The notes under the pieces were generated by a model. The model ran no database searches, was not told the DNA's origin, and saw only the letters and a program-made list of their open reading frames with translations. Of a stretch of DNA of 64,000 nt, positions 46,520-56,458 are shown one piece after another. Within the stretch, counting starts at the first letter, position 1; the number at the start of each line of letters is the position of its first letter. The position numbers and the translations under genes are program-made. Source of the stretch: Candidatus Latescibacterota bacterium (GTDB taxonomy: Bacteria > Latescibacterota > UBA2968 > UBA8231). The stretch is taken from the NCBI GenBank assembly GCA_965203355.1, contig OZ241889.1, positions 1,696,001 to 1,760,000 on the forward strand, written 5' to 3'.

Positions 46520-47518
46520 TTAGACCAAATCATTCGGTCGTGATACCGTTCTCCCCGTCGGCTGTCTGGGGTTCTCCATCCGCGCCGCTTCTAAGACAGC
46601 CTGAAAGTCCGCCGGCAGCGGCGCGACAAACTCCATCATCTCTCCAGTGGTCGGATGCGCGAAACGCAGTTTTTTGGCGTGTAGGGCTTGGCGTTTGATC
46701 AGGCTTAGCATCCAGTTGGCTTGGCGGCGGTACTCGGGGCGAATTCCTCTGGCTTGGTCGCGGCCTCTATACACGGGGTCGCCGAAGACAGGATGGCCGA
46801 TATGGGCCAGATGTACGCGGATCTGGTGGGTGCGTCCCGTCTCTAGCTGGCACTCGACCAAGGTTGTAAAAGGACAGCACTCGACGACACTGAAACGGGT
46901 TGCCGCCGTTCGCCCGTCTTCGACCACGGCCATCTTCTTGCGGTTTTTGGGATGGCGACCAATCCGGGCTTCGATCCGCCCATTTTCCGCCCGCAAGACG
47001 CCCCACACTAAGGCGGCGTAACGGCGTTCGATCTGGTGCGCTTGGAGGCTTGCGGCCAGTATCCGGTGGGCGGCGTCGCGCTTGGCCACTAGCAGCAAGC
47101 CGCTGGTTTCCTTGTCGAGTCGGTGGACGATTCCCGGCCGGAGTGCGCCGTTAATGCCCGACAGATCGCGACCGTGATGTAACAGCGCGTTGACGAGGGT
47201 GCGCGTGGTCGCGCCTGGGGCTGGATGTACGGTCATGCCGGCCGCTTTGTTGACGACCAGCAAGTCGTCGTCTTCGTACGGGATGGATAGGGGCAGTGCC
47301 TCGGGTTGCGCGGCTAGCGGCGCGGGCTCAGGCCGTTCGATGGCGATCGCGTCTCCGGGCCGGACCAGATACGATGGGCGCGTCTTTTGGCCATTGATGC
47401 GGATCGCTCCGGCCTTGATGAGTGCTTGGATGCTGCTGCGCGAATGGTGCGGACAGTGCGTGCGGAGAAAAAGATCGAGCCGCTCGGCCGCGGAGCCGAT
47501 GGGAACGACGAGGTCCAT
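46520..47518 (-). CDS. rluD: RluA-family 23S rRNA pseudouridine synthase
   Basis: S4 domain, VNKAAGMTVHP, IVHRLDKETSG, TGRTHQIRVH, GDPVY. Confidence 0.92.
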   Translation of the reverse strand: MDLVVPIGSAAERLDLFLRTHCPHHSRSSIQALIKAGAIRINGQKTRPSYLVRPGDAIAIERPEPAPLAAQPEALPLSIPYEDDDLLVVNKAAGMTVHPAPGATTRTLVNALLHHGRDLSGINGALRPGIVHRLDKETSGLLLVAKRDAAHRILAASLQAHQIERRYAALVWGVLRAENGRIEARIGRHPKNRKKMAVVEDGRTAATRFSVVECCPFTTLVECQLETGRTHQIRVHLAHIGHPVFGDPVYRGRDQARGIRPEYRRQANWMLSLIKRQALHAKKLRFAHPTTGEMMEFVAPLPADFQAVLEAARMENPRQPTGRTVSRPNDLV

Positions 47519-47524
47519 GGAAAT

Positions 47525-48031
47525 TTACTCCCGGACGATTTCCCCTTCGGACGCCGGGGAGGACGGCTGCTCGGACTGGTCGGGTGTCTTTTCGCGGCGC
47601 GAGTAGCCCAAGGCCAAGAGCAAGACGCCGACGGTGACAAAGGAATCGGCAAAGTTGAAGATTGGCCAGCGCAAGTCCCCGAGGCCGAAGTCGAAAAAAT
47701 CTACCACTTCCCCCAAGTACAGGCGGTCGATGATGTTGCCCACAGCGCCGCCTAACACTAGGCAGAGGGCTAGGCGCAAAAGCCGCTCGTTGGCGGCGAG
47801 CGAGCGATAGAGGTAAATGAGGATGCCGAGGGCGAGTAACGAGAAGGCCGTGTGCAGCAACGGGCTCCCTATGTTTAGCCCGAAGGCCGCGCCAGGGTTG
47901 TGGATGTAGGTCAGGCGGAAAAAGTTGCCCAACACCGGATCGGACTGGTACAGCGCCATGGAGCCGCGGACGATGAACTTGCTAACTTGATCGATGACCA
48001 CGGCTAGCGGTATGATCCACAGAAACGTCAC
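47525..48031 (-). CDS. lspA: signal peptidase II
   Basis: DQVSK, NPGAAFG, GGAVGNIIDR, VVDF, FNFAD. Confidence 0.95.
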   Translation of the reverse strand: MTFLWIIPLAVVIDQVSKFIVRGSMALYQSDPVLGNFFRLTYIHNPGAAFGLNIGSPLLHTAFSLLALGILIYLYRSLAANERLLRLALCLVLGGAVGNIIDRLYLGEVVDFFDFGLGDLRWPIFNFADSFVTVGVLLLALGYSRREKTPDQSEQPSSPASEGEIVRE

Positions 48032-48432
48032 GCTAAGTCCGATTCCTCTTCGCGCTTGGACTTACAGCTAATGCACTGGGTGGCGGTGGGCACGGCCTCT
48101 AGGCGGCCGCGGCCGATGGGCCGCTGGCAGGTGCGGCAGATGCCAAAGGTGCCGTCCTTGATGCGTTGCAGGGCCTTGTTTAGGTGATCGATGTAATCGC
48201 CACCGCGCTGGGCGAAGAGTTGGGATTTTTCTCGCTCCATGGTGGCGGTCCCGTGGTCGGCCATATGCAGCGAATACGTCGAGCGGTCCTCAGAGGCGGT
48301 TTCCCGGGCGTCGTGGCGCAAGGTATTTTCAATGGCTTCGACATCGTCTGAGGTTTGGGCGATTTTTGTGAGGAGCAATTTTTTGAAAAAATCGAGGTCT
48401 TTTTGGTCTAGCGGCTTGGATTGGTCGTTCAT
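48028..48432 (-). CDS. TraR/DksA C4 zinc-finger protein
   Basis: HMAD coiled-coil tip, GTFGICRTC...RLEAVP...CISC. Confidence 0.88.
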   Translation of the reverse strand: MNDQSKPLDQKDLDFFKKLLLTKIAQTSDDVEAIENTLRHDARETASEDRSTYSLHMADHGTATMEREKSQLFAQRGGDYIDHLNKALQRIKDGTFGICRTCQRPIGRGRLEAVPTATQCISCKSKREEESDLA

Positions 48433-48465
48433 CTTACTTCCTCTCTCTTTATCTTTCTTTTCTAC

Positions 48466-51400
48466 TTAGGCCCTAACGATGGCAATGGTGCTATCGTGGC
48501 CGTTGACTTGCCGATCCTGTTGCAAGAGTGCCTGTTGGGGCAGTTCTCCAGTGTGGAGGGCGTGCGCTAGGATCTCGGCGGCGATGTACGGGCCGTGCCG
48601 CTGAACCGCTTCTTCCAAGGCGGCCGTGCCTCGCACCCAGACGCGAATGCGGTCGGCGACATCCAGCCCGGCCTCTTTGCGCATGTTCTGCACGCGGTTG
48701 ACGAATTCGCGCGCCGTGCATTCGGCGATTAGCTCGTCGTCGAGTTGGAGGTCCAACCCCACCCCGAGGTTGTGGTCGAGGGCCGCCACCACGCCTTCTT
48801 TCTCGCGGCGCTGCACGACGATGTCGGCCAGCCCGATCTCGCCGCCGGCCACCGAGAGCCGGCCACCACTTTCGAGGTGGTGTATATCCTCAGCCGTTAA
48901 GGCTTGGATGCGGTCGGCGACGGCTGGCATCTGTTTGCCAAAGCGCGGCCCTAAAGCGCGGAAGTCGGGCCGGTAGGAGACCGCGCTGAATTCGGTCTCA
49001 TCCTCCACTAGCACCACCTCTTTGACGTTGAGTTCGTCGGCGAGCAGGTCGATCATCTGCTCCAGCCCGTGGTGGCTGGGTCCGTTGGGAGGTAGGAGCC
49101 AGAGATGTCGCAGTGGTTGGCGCACTTTGAGCTCGTGCTTGCTGCGCAGCGAGCGGCCCAAGACTACGGCCCGAGTCACCAGTTCCATTTGCTGCTCTAA
49201 GGCGGCGTCGCGCAGGTGCTCGTCGGCCTGCGGCATGTCGCATAGGTGAATGCTTTCGGGAGCGTCGGGATCCACGCGGCGCACCAAGTTCTGGTAGATG
49301 CTCTCGGTGATAAAGGGCAAGACCGGCGCGAGGGCTTTGATGAAGGTCACCATCACTCGATAGAGGGTGTCGTACGCGGCCTGCTTGTCTTGGTCGTCCT
49401 CGGACTTCCAGAAGCGGCGGCGGCTGCGGCGGATGTACCAGTTGGTCAGCTTCTCGATGAAGGCGACCATCGCCGGTACTGTGCGATAGAGCCGGTAGGC
49501 TTCCATTTCGGCGTTGAGGTCGTGGAGCAGGGTCTGCAACTCCGAGAGAATCCAGCGGTCGAGGCGATGGTCGAGCGTCTGCGCCCGGCTTGCCGCTGGC
49601 GTCCAATCGTCAAGGGTCGCGTAGGTGACGAAGAAGCTATAGGCATTCCACAAGGGGATGATGACATCGCGCAGGCTCTGCTTGATGCCCGCTTCGGTGA
49701 GGCGCATCTCCTCGGCCTTCATGGCCGGCGAGTTGAGCAGATAGAGGCGCAGGGCGTCGGCGCCGTAGGTCTCGAGCATCTCAGCCGGATCGGGATAGTT
49801 CTTCAAGCGCTTGCTCAGTTTGCGTCCGTCGGCCGCTAGCAGCATGCCGCCGACGATGCAGTTGTGAAAAGCTGGTTTGTCGAACAGCGCCGCCGCGAGG
49901 ATCGTCAAGGTGTGGAACCAGCCTCGGGTCTGATCGAGGTTCTCGGAGATGAAGTCGGCCGGGAAGGAGGCTTCAAAGTCTTCGCGCCGGCCAAAAGGGT
50001 AGTGGTTTTGCGCGTACGGCATAGACCCAGACTCGAACCAGCAGTCGAGGACTTCGGGTACGCGCCGCAGCGATCCGTTCCCGGATGGGGCCGGAATTTC
50101 GAGGTCGTCGATAAAGTGCTTGTGCAGGTCGTTCACCTCGCGTCCGGTGAGCTCGCACAACTCTTGGCGGCTGCCAACGCACACGGCTTCGCCCGTTTCC
50201 TCGTTGCGCCAGATCGGCAGGGGGGTGCCCCAGTAGCGGTTGCGGCTGACGGCCCAGTCCGGGGCCGACTCGATGCCCTTGCCAAAGCGCCCATCGCGGA
50301 TGTGCTCGGGAATCCACCAGATCTGCTGATTGGCGGCGAGCATCTTTTCCTTTACCTCCCCTTCGATCTGGACGAACCAAGTGGAGATCGTGCGGTAGAT
50401 GAGGGGCGAGTCGCAGCGCCAGCAGAATGGGTACGCATGCTCGATGGAACCCTCGGAGAATAGCTGGCCCGAGGCGCGCAAGCGGCGGATTATCGGCGTA
50501 TCGGCGTCCTTTACGAAAGTGCCCGCAAAGTCTGGGAGCTCGTCGGTGAAGCAACAGTCGGCGTCGATGGGGCAGACCACGGGCAAGCCCTCGGCGAGGC
50601 CGAGTTGATAGTCGTCTTCGCCAAACCCCGGGGCAATGTGGACGATGCCGGTGCCGTCGTCAGTAGATACAAAGTCGGCTGTTACCACGCGGAAAGCGCC
50701 TTCTTCAGCGCGGTCGGCGAAGGAGTCGAACAGGGGCTCGTAGCGCAACCCGACGAGGTCTTCGGTGGCGATCGGCGTTATCTCGGCGATTTCGCTGTCG
50801 TGCCGGCGGAAGAGGCCTTCGACGAGGGAAGCCGCGAGAATCAGTTGCTCTCCGTCTGCGGTGGTGACGCATACGTAGTCAATGTCGCGACCGATGGCCA
50901 AGCCCATGTTAGAGGGCAGCGTCCACGGGGTCGTCGTCCAAGCGAGTAGGGACAGGCCCTGCTTGCCAGCGACGCGGAAGCGCACTGTGATCGACGGGTC
51001 CTGCGTGGCTTGATAACCTTGATTGACCTCGAAGTTCGACAGCGGAGTGGAGCAGCGGGGACAATAGGCGAGGGATTTGTAGCCTTCATAGACAAGCCCC
51101 TGGTCCCACAGCGACTTGAACACCCACCACACGGATTCCATGAAATCGGGGTCCATCGTCCGATACTGGTGGTCCCAGTCAACCCAGCGTCCCAGCCGCT
51201 CGATCAGCTTCTGCCACTCGGCCGTGTAGCGCAGCACCAAGTCGCGGCAGGCTTCGTTGAACTGAGACACGCCGTAGGCGAGAATGTCGCGGCGCGATTG
51301 GAGCCCTAGCTGCTGCTCGGTTTCGTTTTCGACGGGCAGGCCGTGGCAATCCCAGCCCCAGCGGCGCTCAACCCGGTAGCCGCGCATCGTCCAGTAGCGG

Positions 51401-51621
51401 GGCACCACGTCCTTGGTGATGGACGCTAGTAGGTGTCCGTAGTGCGGCCGGCCGGTCGCAAAGGGCGGCCCGTCGTAGAACCGAAAGGGGCGCTCGACCG
51501 AGCGGGCATCAACGGATTTTCGATACAGATCGCCATGGCGCCAGAACTCGAGGATCGTGCGCTCCTGAGCGGAAAAGTCCACTTGGGACGGAACTGGGGC
51601 AAAAGGGGTTTGGGGTGCCAT
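48466..51621 (-). CDS. ileS: isoleucine--tRNA ligase (type 2)
   Basis: DGPPFATGRPHYGH, WDCHGLPVE, WTTTPWTLPSN, DQTRGWF, KLSKR. Confidence 0.96.
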   Translation of the reverse strand: MAPQTPFAPVPSQVDFSAQERTILEFWRHGDLYRKSVDARSVERPFRFYDGPPFATGRPHYGHLLASITKDVVPRYWTMRGYRVERRWGWDCHGLPVENETEQQLGLQSRRDILAYGVSQFNEACRDLVLRYTAEWQKLIERLGRWVDWDHQYRTMDPDFMESVWWVFKSLWDQGLVYEGYKSLAYCPRCSTPLSNFEVNQGYQATQDPSITVRFRVAGKQGLSLLAWTTTPWTLPSNMGLAIGRDIDYVCVTTADGEQLILAASLVEGLFRRHDSEIAEITPIATEDLVGLRYEPLFDSFADRAEEGAFRVVTADFVSTDDGTGIVHIAPGFGEDDYQLGLAEGLPVVCPIDADCCFTDELPDFAGTFVKDADTPIIRRLRASGQLFSEGSIEHAYPFCWRCDSPLIYRTISTWFVQIEGEVKEKMLAANQQIWWIPEHIRDGRFGKGIESAPDWAVSRNRYWGTPLPIWRNEETGEAVCVGSRQELCELTGREVNDLHKHFIDDLEIPAPSGNGSLRRVPEVLDCWFESGSMPYAQNHYPFGRREDFEASFPADFISENLDQTRGWFHTLTILAAALFDKPAFHNCIVGGMLLAADGRKLSKRLKNYPDPAEMLETYGADALRLYLLNSPAMKAEEMRLTEAGIKQSLRDVIIPLWNAYSFFVTYATLDDWTPAASRAQTLDHRLDRWILSELQTLLHDLNAEMEAYRLYRTVPAMVAFIEKLTNWYIRRSRRRFWKSEDDQDKQAAYDTLYRVMVTFIKALAPVLPFITESIYQNLVRRVDPDAPESIHLCDMPQADEHLRDAALEQQMELVTRAVVLGRSLRSKHELKVRQPLRHLWLLPPNGPSHHGLEQMIDLLADELNVKEVVLVEDETEFSAVSYRPDFRALGPRFGKQMPAVADRIQALTAEDIHHLESGGRLSVAGGEIGLADIVVQRREKEGVVAALDHNLGVGLDLQLDDELIAECTAREFVNRVQNMRKEAGLDVADRIRVWVRGTAALEEAVQRHGPYIAAEILAHALHTGELPQQALLQQDRQVNGHDSTIAIVRA

Positions 51622-51623
51622 GC

Positions 51624-51911
51624 TCATTCCGCTCCGATATTGTTGAGGAAAACCACGAAGAGCTTGAGCAGAAAAAACAGGACTATCGGCGTAAAGTCTA
51701 TGCCAGTTGACCAGAAAAACCTCGGCAAGAAAGAGCGCACTGTATCGAGGGCCGGATCGGTGACGCCGCGCAGGAATTGGACGAGCGGATTGTGGGGACT
51801 GGGATTAAACCACGAGATCAGCACCCGGATGAGGACCACATAGCTATAGATCGTGATGAGACCAATGATGAGGCCCTTGACGTCTGCAAAAAAACCGCCG
51901 AAATCGAACAC
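51624..51911 (-). CDS. yggT: YggT family membrane protein
   Basis: RVLISWF.P...TDP.L...IDFTPIV; GTG start with AGGAG RBS. Confidence 0.85.
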   Translation of the reverse strand: MFDFGGFFADVKGLIIGLITIYSYVVLIRVLISWFNPSPHNPLVQFLRGVTDPALDTVRSFLPRFFWSTGIDFTPIVLFFLLKLFVVFLNNIGAE

Positions 51912-51927
51912 GATTGTCTCCTGTGTA

Positions 51928-52620
51928 TCAGGTCGGCCGCGGGCCGAAAATGGCCGTGCCGAGGCGCAACAGATTGGCCCCTTCGGCGATGGCGAGTTCA
52001 AAGTCGCCGCTCATGCCCATGGATAGATAGTCCATAGACGCGCCCGCAAATTCGCACTCGGCGACTTTTTCGCCCAGCTCGCGCAAGGTCCGAAAGCAGC
52101 CCCGCACGGCGGCTTCGTCCGCGCAGTGGGCGGCAATGGTCATCAGGCCGCGAATCCGCAAGTGCGGCAGCGGCGCGAGGGCTGCGACTAGATCGACGAG
52201 CTGGGCGGGAGCCACTCCGCCTTGGCGCAAGCGGCCGGCCGTGTTGACCTGCAAGAGCACCTCAAGAGTGCGCCCGGCCTGCTCGGCCCGGCGGCTTAGC
52301 ACCTGCGCTAACCGGGCGGAATCAACCGACTGCACGAGGTCGAAAAGCTCGACAGCCCGCCCGGCTTTATTCGTCTGCAAGTGGCCGACAAAGTGCCAAG
52401 CGAGGGGCACGGCGACCTGCGGGCGCTTAGCCGCTGCTTCTTGGATGCGGTTTTCGCCTACGAGGCGCAAGCCGCAGGCGTAAGCCGCCTCAATTTCGCG
52501 GACGCTGCGCGTTTTGCTGACGGCGACGACCTCAATTGCGCTTGCTGTGCGCCCGCTGCGCTCGGAAGCGCGCTCAATGCGGGTGCGCAGCGATTCCCAG
52601 TTGTCGCGGATGTAATCCAT
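51928..52620 (-). CDS. yggS: PLP homeostasis protein YggS
   Basis: VAVSKT, GENRIQE, HFVGHLQTNK, LSMGMSGD, RLGTAIFG. Confidence 0.94.
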   Translation of the reverse strand: MDYIRDNWESLRTRIERASERSGRTASAIEVVAVSKTRSVREIEAAYACGLRLVGENRIQEAAAKRPQVAVPLAWHFVGHLQTNKAGRAVELFDLVQSVDSARLAQVLSRRAEQAGRTLEVLLQVNTAGRLRQGGVAPAQLVDLVAALAPLPHLRIRGLMTIAAHCADEAAVRGCFRTLRELGEKVAECEFAGASMDYLSMGMSGDFELAIAEGANLLRLGTAIFGPRPT

Positions 52621-52686
52621 ACAAAATGTCTAAACCGCTAAAGATACGAATCAGCCTAGCTGGACACAAACCAAGAGCGGCTCGGC

Positions 52687-53883
52687 TCAGGCCGCCGCGC
52701 CTTCTGCTGAGGGGCGGGCCTTTTCCGCGGGGACCAGGCTCGCATCTACGATCAATGACAAGGAGGAAAAAAGCAGGGTTGAAACGAGAATGTCCAAGAG
52801 CACGGCCTGCGCCAATAGCCCCTCGGCCCCTACGTAGGGGGCCAGCCCGTGCGGGCCGCAGAACAACTCGAACAGCAACGCGCCGCGCGGCAGGAGCCGC
52901 CAGCCAATGTGCCGCCCTAAATGAGGGTACGCCATGGGAGCCAGTCCCCGCAAAAGCAGCGGCACGGCCACTAAGACGAGCGCGGCCTCGTACAGCCCGT
53001 CCGCCGGTGGCCACAGGGCGCCGGGATCGAGCGCGGTCCCCAAGAGCGCGAAAAAGAGCATAAAGGCCACGGGCGCACCCCGGTGTAGTAGCAACCGCAC
53101 ACGGCGGCTTTGCTGCTTGTCCTGTACGAGTCCTGCCACTAACCCGCAGGGCAAGGCCATCAGCCCGAGGGTGTCTAGCGCGAGTGCTGTAAGGAAAAAA
53201 GCCCCGCCTAGGCTGGATACTAGGGTCGCGCTTGGCGTGGTGAGCCGCCTTAAAAGGCGCAGTGCCAGCCCCAGTCCGCCGCCCGCTACAAGCGAAAGGC
53301 CGACGCGCCCGACCCATCCCGAGGCGCCAATTTCCAGCAGAACCAATGCTCCACCCAACGCCCCGAGGGCGCAGCCCGTCCCTAGCACGGCCAGTACTAG
53401 CGCCCCTCGCCGACCAAATTCGGGCACCCCGGTGAAAGGCCCCCACAAGCCGGCCAGTGCGCCGAGGAGTACGGCTTGCTCCCAAGGCAGTCCGAGCAAG
53501 CCAGTGGCCGCGGTCACCGCGGCAAAGACCAGCGCGGTCACCACCGCTACCAACCCAAGCGTGCGCCAAGTGTGCGTTGGCCATATTACGTGTAGCCCTA
53601 CTTGGAACCCGACCCCGAGGCCTGCCGTGAGCAAGAGCAATTGGTGTAGGGAGAATGCGTCTAGATCGACGAGTTGCAAGCCGCCGGTGCCCAGCAACAT
53701 CCCGGCCCCAATCCATCCCACCAGTGCTGGTAGGCGGATCGCCTGCGCCAGTTGGCCGCCAGCCGCAGCCAAGAGGGCCAGCGCACCCAGCATCCACGCG
53801 GCGTCAAAGGGGCTGGAGCGATCCTGCGGCGGTCCGTAGTAGATCAACAGCAGGACAAAGGCAGCTACTACTATCGTTTTCAT
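52687..53883 (-). CDS. divergent cation:proton antiporter-like membrane protein
   Basis: ~11-12 TM segments; LPALVGWIGAGMLLG and FFALLG motifs resemble the CPA2 family. Confidence 0.6.
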   Translation of the reverse strand: MKTIVVAAFVLLLIYYGPPQDRSSPFDAAWMLGALALLAAAGGQLAQAIRLPALVGWIGAGMLLGTGGLQLVDLDAFSLHQLLLLTAGLGVGFQVGLHVIWPTHTWRTLGLVAVVTALVFAAVTAATGLLGLPWEQAVLLGALAGLWGPFTGVPEFGRRGALVLAVLGTGCALGALGGALVLLEIGASGWVGRVGLSLVAGGGLGLALRLLRRLTTPSATLVSSLGGAFFLTALALDTLGLMALPCGLVAGLVQDKQQSRRVRLLLHRGAPVAFMLFFALLGTALDPGALWPPADGLYEAALVLVAVPLLLRGLAPMAYPHLGRHIGWRLLPRGALLFELFCGPHGLAPYVGAEGLLAQAVLLDILVSTLLFSSLSLIVDASLVPAEKARPSAEGAAA

Positions 53884-53917
53884 GGCGAGAGGCGGTCCCG
53901 CCCGCAATCGGCTGGCT

Positions 53918-56440
53918 TTAGTCGGATCCTTTGGCGGCGGCCCGTTGTTGGCCTAGATAGAGCACCGGGCTGGCGACGAATATAGACGAATAGGTGCCGA
54001 CCACGACGCCGATCATCAAAGTGATGGTAAAGTCGCGGTTGACCTCGCCGCCAAAGATCATCAGCACCAGCACGGCCAAGAGCGTTGTCGCCGAGGTGAT
54101 CAGCGTGCGGCTCAGACACTCGTTGATGCTCTGGTTGACCGTGCCGTCAAAGCCCTGTCGGCGGGCTGTGTGCAGGTTTTCGCGGATGCGGTCGAAGACC
54201 ACGATCGTGTCGTTGAGCGAGTAGCCGACAATGGCCAGCAGCGCGGCGACCACCGCGAGGGTAATCTCAATGTTGAAAAGCGAGAGCAGCCCGAGGGTGA
54301 TGAGCACGTCGTGGAAGAGCGCGGCGACCGCGGCGATGCCGTAGAGGAAGCGGTGGAAGCGCCAAGCCATGTAGATCAAGATCAGGGCCAGGGCCACCAA
54401 CACCGCCCGCACGGCTGCGCTGCTTAGTTCGCTGCCGATTTTGGGGCCGACCTTTTCTTGGCGGCGAATCCACTCCATTTCTTGGATATTGTCGACGAAG
54501 CCGGCCTTGAGCACCCCCATGATGCCATCGGCCACCTCAGTGCCTGCCCCGCTCTCGCTGACGCGGATGAGGATGTCGTGTTCCGAGCCGAACTGCTTGA
54601 TCTCGCTCTTGCTCAGGTCGATTTCGGCATCGCCCACGGGGACGCGACCGAGCTGGCTGCGGATGTCCTCGACTTGGACGGCTGGATCGAAGTGCAACTC
54701 CAGCAAGGTGCCGCCGGCAAAGTCAATGCCCTTGCGAATGCCATTGACGCCCAAGATGGAGACGATGCCGATGAGCAGCACGGCCGCCGAGGCACCAAAG
54801 CCAATGTTGCGCAGCGAAAGGAAGCGGATGTTCAGCTTGGCGAAGAGCGCGACCGGCCCAATGCTCAAGCTCGATTGGTCCGCCCTCCGGGTGATTAGTT
54901 CGAAGATCGTGCGGGTAACAAAGAAGGCCGTAAAGAGGCTGGAGATGATGCCGATGCACAAGGTCAAAGCAAAGCCGCGGATCGGCCCGGTGCCGAACTG
55001 ATAGAGCACGATGCCCACTAGGAACGTGGTTACGTTGGCGTCGATGATGGCCGAGAGCGCGTGGCCATAGCCGGAATTAATGGCCGCACGCACGGTTTTG
55101 CCCGTGCGTAGCTCTTCGCGGATGCGCTCAAAGATCAGCACATTGGCGTCGACGGCCATGCCGATGGTCAGGATGATGCCGGCGATGCCGGGCAAGGTCA
55201 GGGTGGCGTGAAAACCGGCCAGCACCGCCATGATGAAAAGCATGTTGAGCAGCAGAGCGCAGTCGGCGATCAGCCCGGCCGCTCGGTAGTAGAGGACCAT
55301 GAAGATCGCGATTAGCACCATGCTGTAGATGGCTGCGGCCTTGCCTTGCTCGATGGAGTCGCGGCCCAGCGAGGGGCCGACCGTGCGATCTTCGATGATC
55401 TCGACCTCGGCTGGTAGCGCGCCCGCCCGCAGCACGATAGCGAGGTCTTTGGCCTCTTCTTGGGTGCCGCTGCCGGTGATGCGGCCGCGTCCTTCGCTGA
55501 TTTTGTTTTGGATGACCGGGGCCGAGTACGCGGATTCGTCGAGGACGATGGCCATGCGCTCGCCGATGTGCGACCCGGTGATGCGGCTGAAGAGTCGCAC
55601 GCCTTCGTCGGTGGTCGAGAAATTGACGATGGGCTGGCCCATGTACTCCACTACTTGGCCGATAGAGACGAAGGCGTCCTGAATCATGTGTCCGGTCATC
55701 TCTGGCTTCTTGCGCACCAAATAGAGGAAGTAGAACGCATTGCCCTCGGCCCCAGTGGGCTTACTCGAAAAGATGAATTCCACGTCTGCTGGGATGAGTT
55801 CTTGAGCGGCTGGGGTGTTGAGCAAGTTCTTGACGCGCTGCAAATCGCGGACCGAGACCGCGAGGTCTTCGCCAGCGGGGCTGAGCATGGCGGAGAGCGG
55901 GGCGCTTTCTGGTGGGGAGGAAAAGAGGAGATCTTCTTCTTCGTCTGTTTCCTCTTCTTTCGGAGCCAGCACTTGGTCGATGCGCTGGATTAGGCGAGTG
56001 CGTTCTTCGGCGGGTTCGAGGAGTTGGAATTCGAGCAGCGCGGTTTGGCCTACTAGATCCTTGGCGCGCTGCACGTCTTGGACGCCGGGCAACTCGATGA
56101 TGATGCGGTTGTCTCCTTGGCGCTGGATAGTCGGCTCGGCCACGCCAAACTGATCGATGCGATTGCGAATGACTTCTTGGGCCTGAGCGACCGCGTCTTG
56201 GGCTTCTTGCTGCTCCATTCCCTCGGTCTTGACCTCTAGGACGAGGTGAATGCCGCCCTGTAAATCCAGTCCCAAATTGAGTGTGCGCTTTTTCAGATCG
56301 ACGAGTTGCCCGGGCGATTTTAGCTCCATAGCCTCTCGCTCTTCGTCCGCCATGCTGTAAAATTTCACGCTTGGCCACAAGTAGTACGCGGCCGCGGCGA
56401 TCAGTGCCAAGATCAGCACGAGTTTCCGATTGCGTTTCAT
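53918..56440 (-). CDS. secDF: fused protein translocase SecDF
   Basis: LGLDLQGG, VGPSLG, IGMAVDANVLIFERIRE, GIDFAGG, GYSLNDTIVVFDRIRE. Confidence 0.96.
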   Translation of the reverse strand: MKRNRKLVLILALIAAAAYYLWPSVKFYSMADEEREAMELKSPGQLVDLKKRTLNLGLDLQGGIHLVLEVKTEGMEQQEAQDAVAQAQEVIRNRIDQFGVAEPTIQRQGDNRIIIELPGVQDVQRAKDLVGQTALLEFQLLEPAEERTRLIQRIDQVLAPKEEETDEEEDLLFSSPPESAPLSAMLSPAGEDLAVSVRDLQRVKNLLNTPAAQELIPADVEFIFSSKPTGAEGNAFYFLYLVRKKPEMTGHMIQDAFVSIGQVVEYMGQPIVNFSTTDEGVRLFSRITGSHIGERMAIVLDESAYSAPVIQNKISEGRGRITGSGTQEEAKDLAIVLRAGALPAEVEIIEDRTVGPSLGRDSIEQGKAAAIYSMVLIAIFMVLYYRAAGLIADCALLLNMLFIMAVLAGFHATLTLPGIAGIILTIGMAVDANVLIFERIREELRTGKTVRAAINSGYGHALSAIIDANVTTFLVGIVLYQFGTGPIRGFALTLCIGIISSLFTAFFVTRTIFELITRRADQSSLSIGPVALFAKLNIRFLSLRNIGFGASAAVLLIGIVSILGVNGIRKGIDFAGGTLLELHFDPAVQVEDIRSQLGRVPVGDAEIDLSKSEIKQFGSEHDILIRVSESGAGTEVADGIMGVLKAGFVDNIQEMEWIRRQEKVGPKIGSELSSAAVRAVLVALALILIYMAWRFHRFLYGIAAVAALFHDVLITLGLLSLFNIEITLAVVAALLAIVGYSLNDTIVVFDRIRENLHTARRQGFDGTVNQSINECLSRTLITSATTLLAVLVLMIFGGEVNRDFTITLMIGVVVGTYSSIFVASPVLYLGQQRAAAKGSD

Positions 56441-56458
56441 AAATTGGTCTTTACTCCG

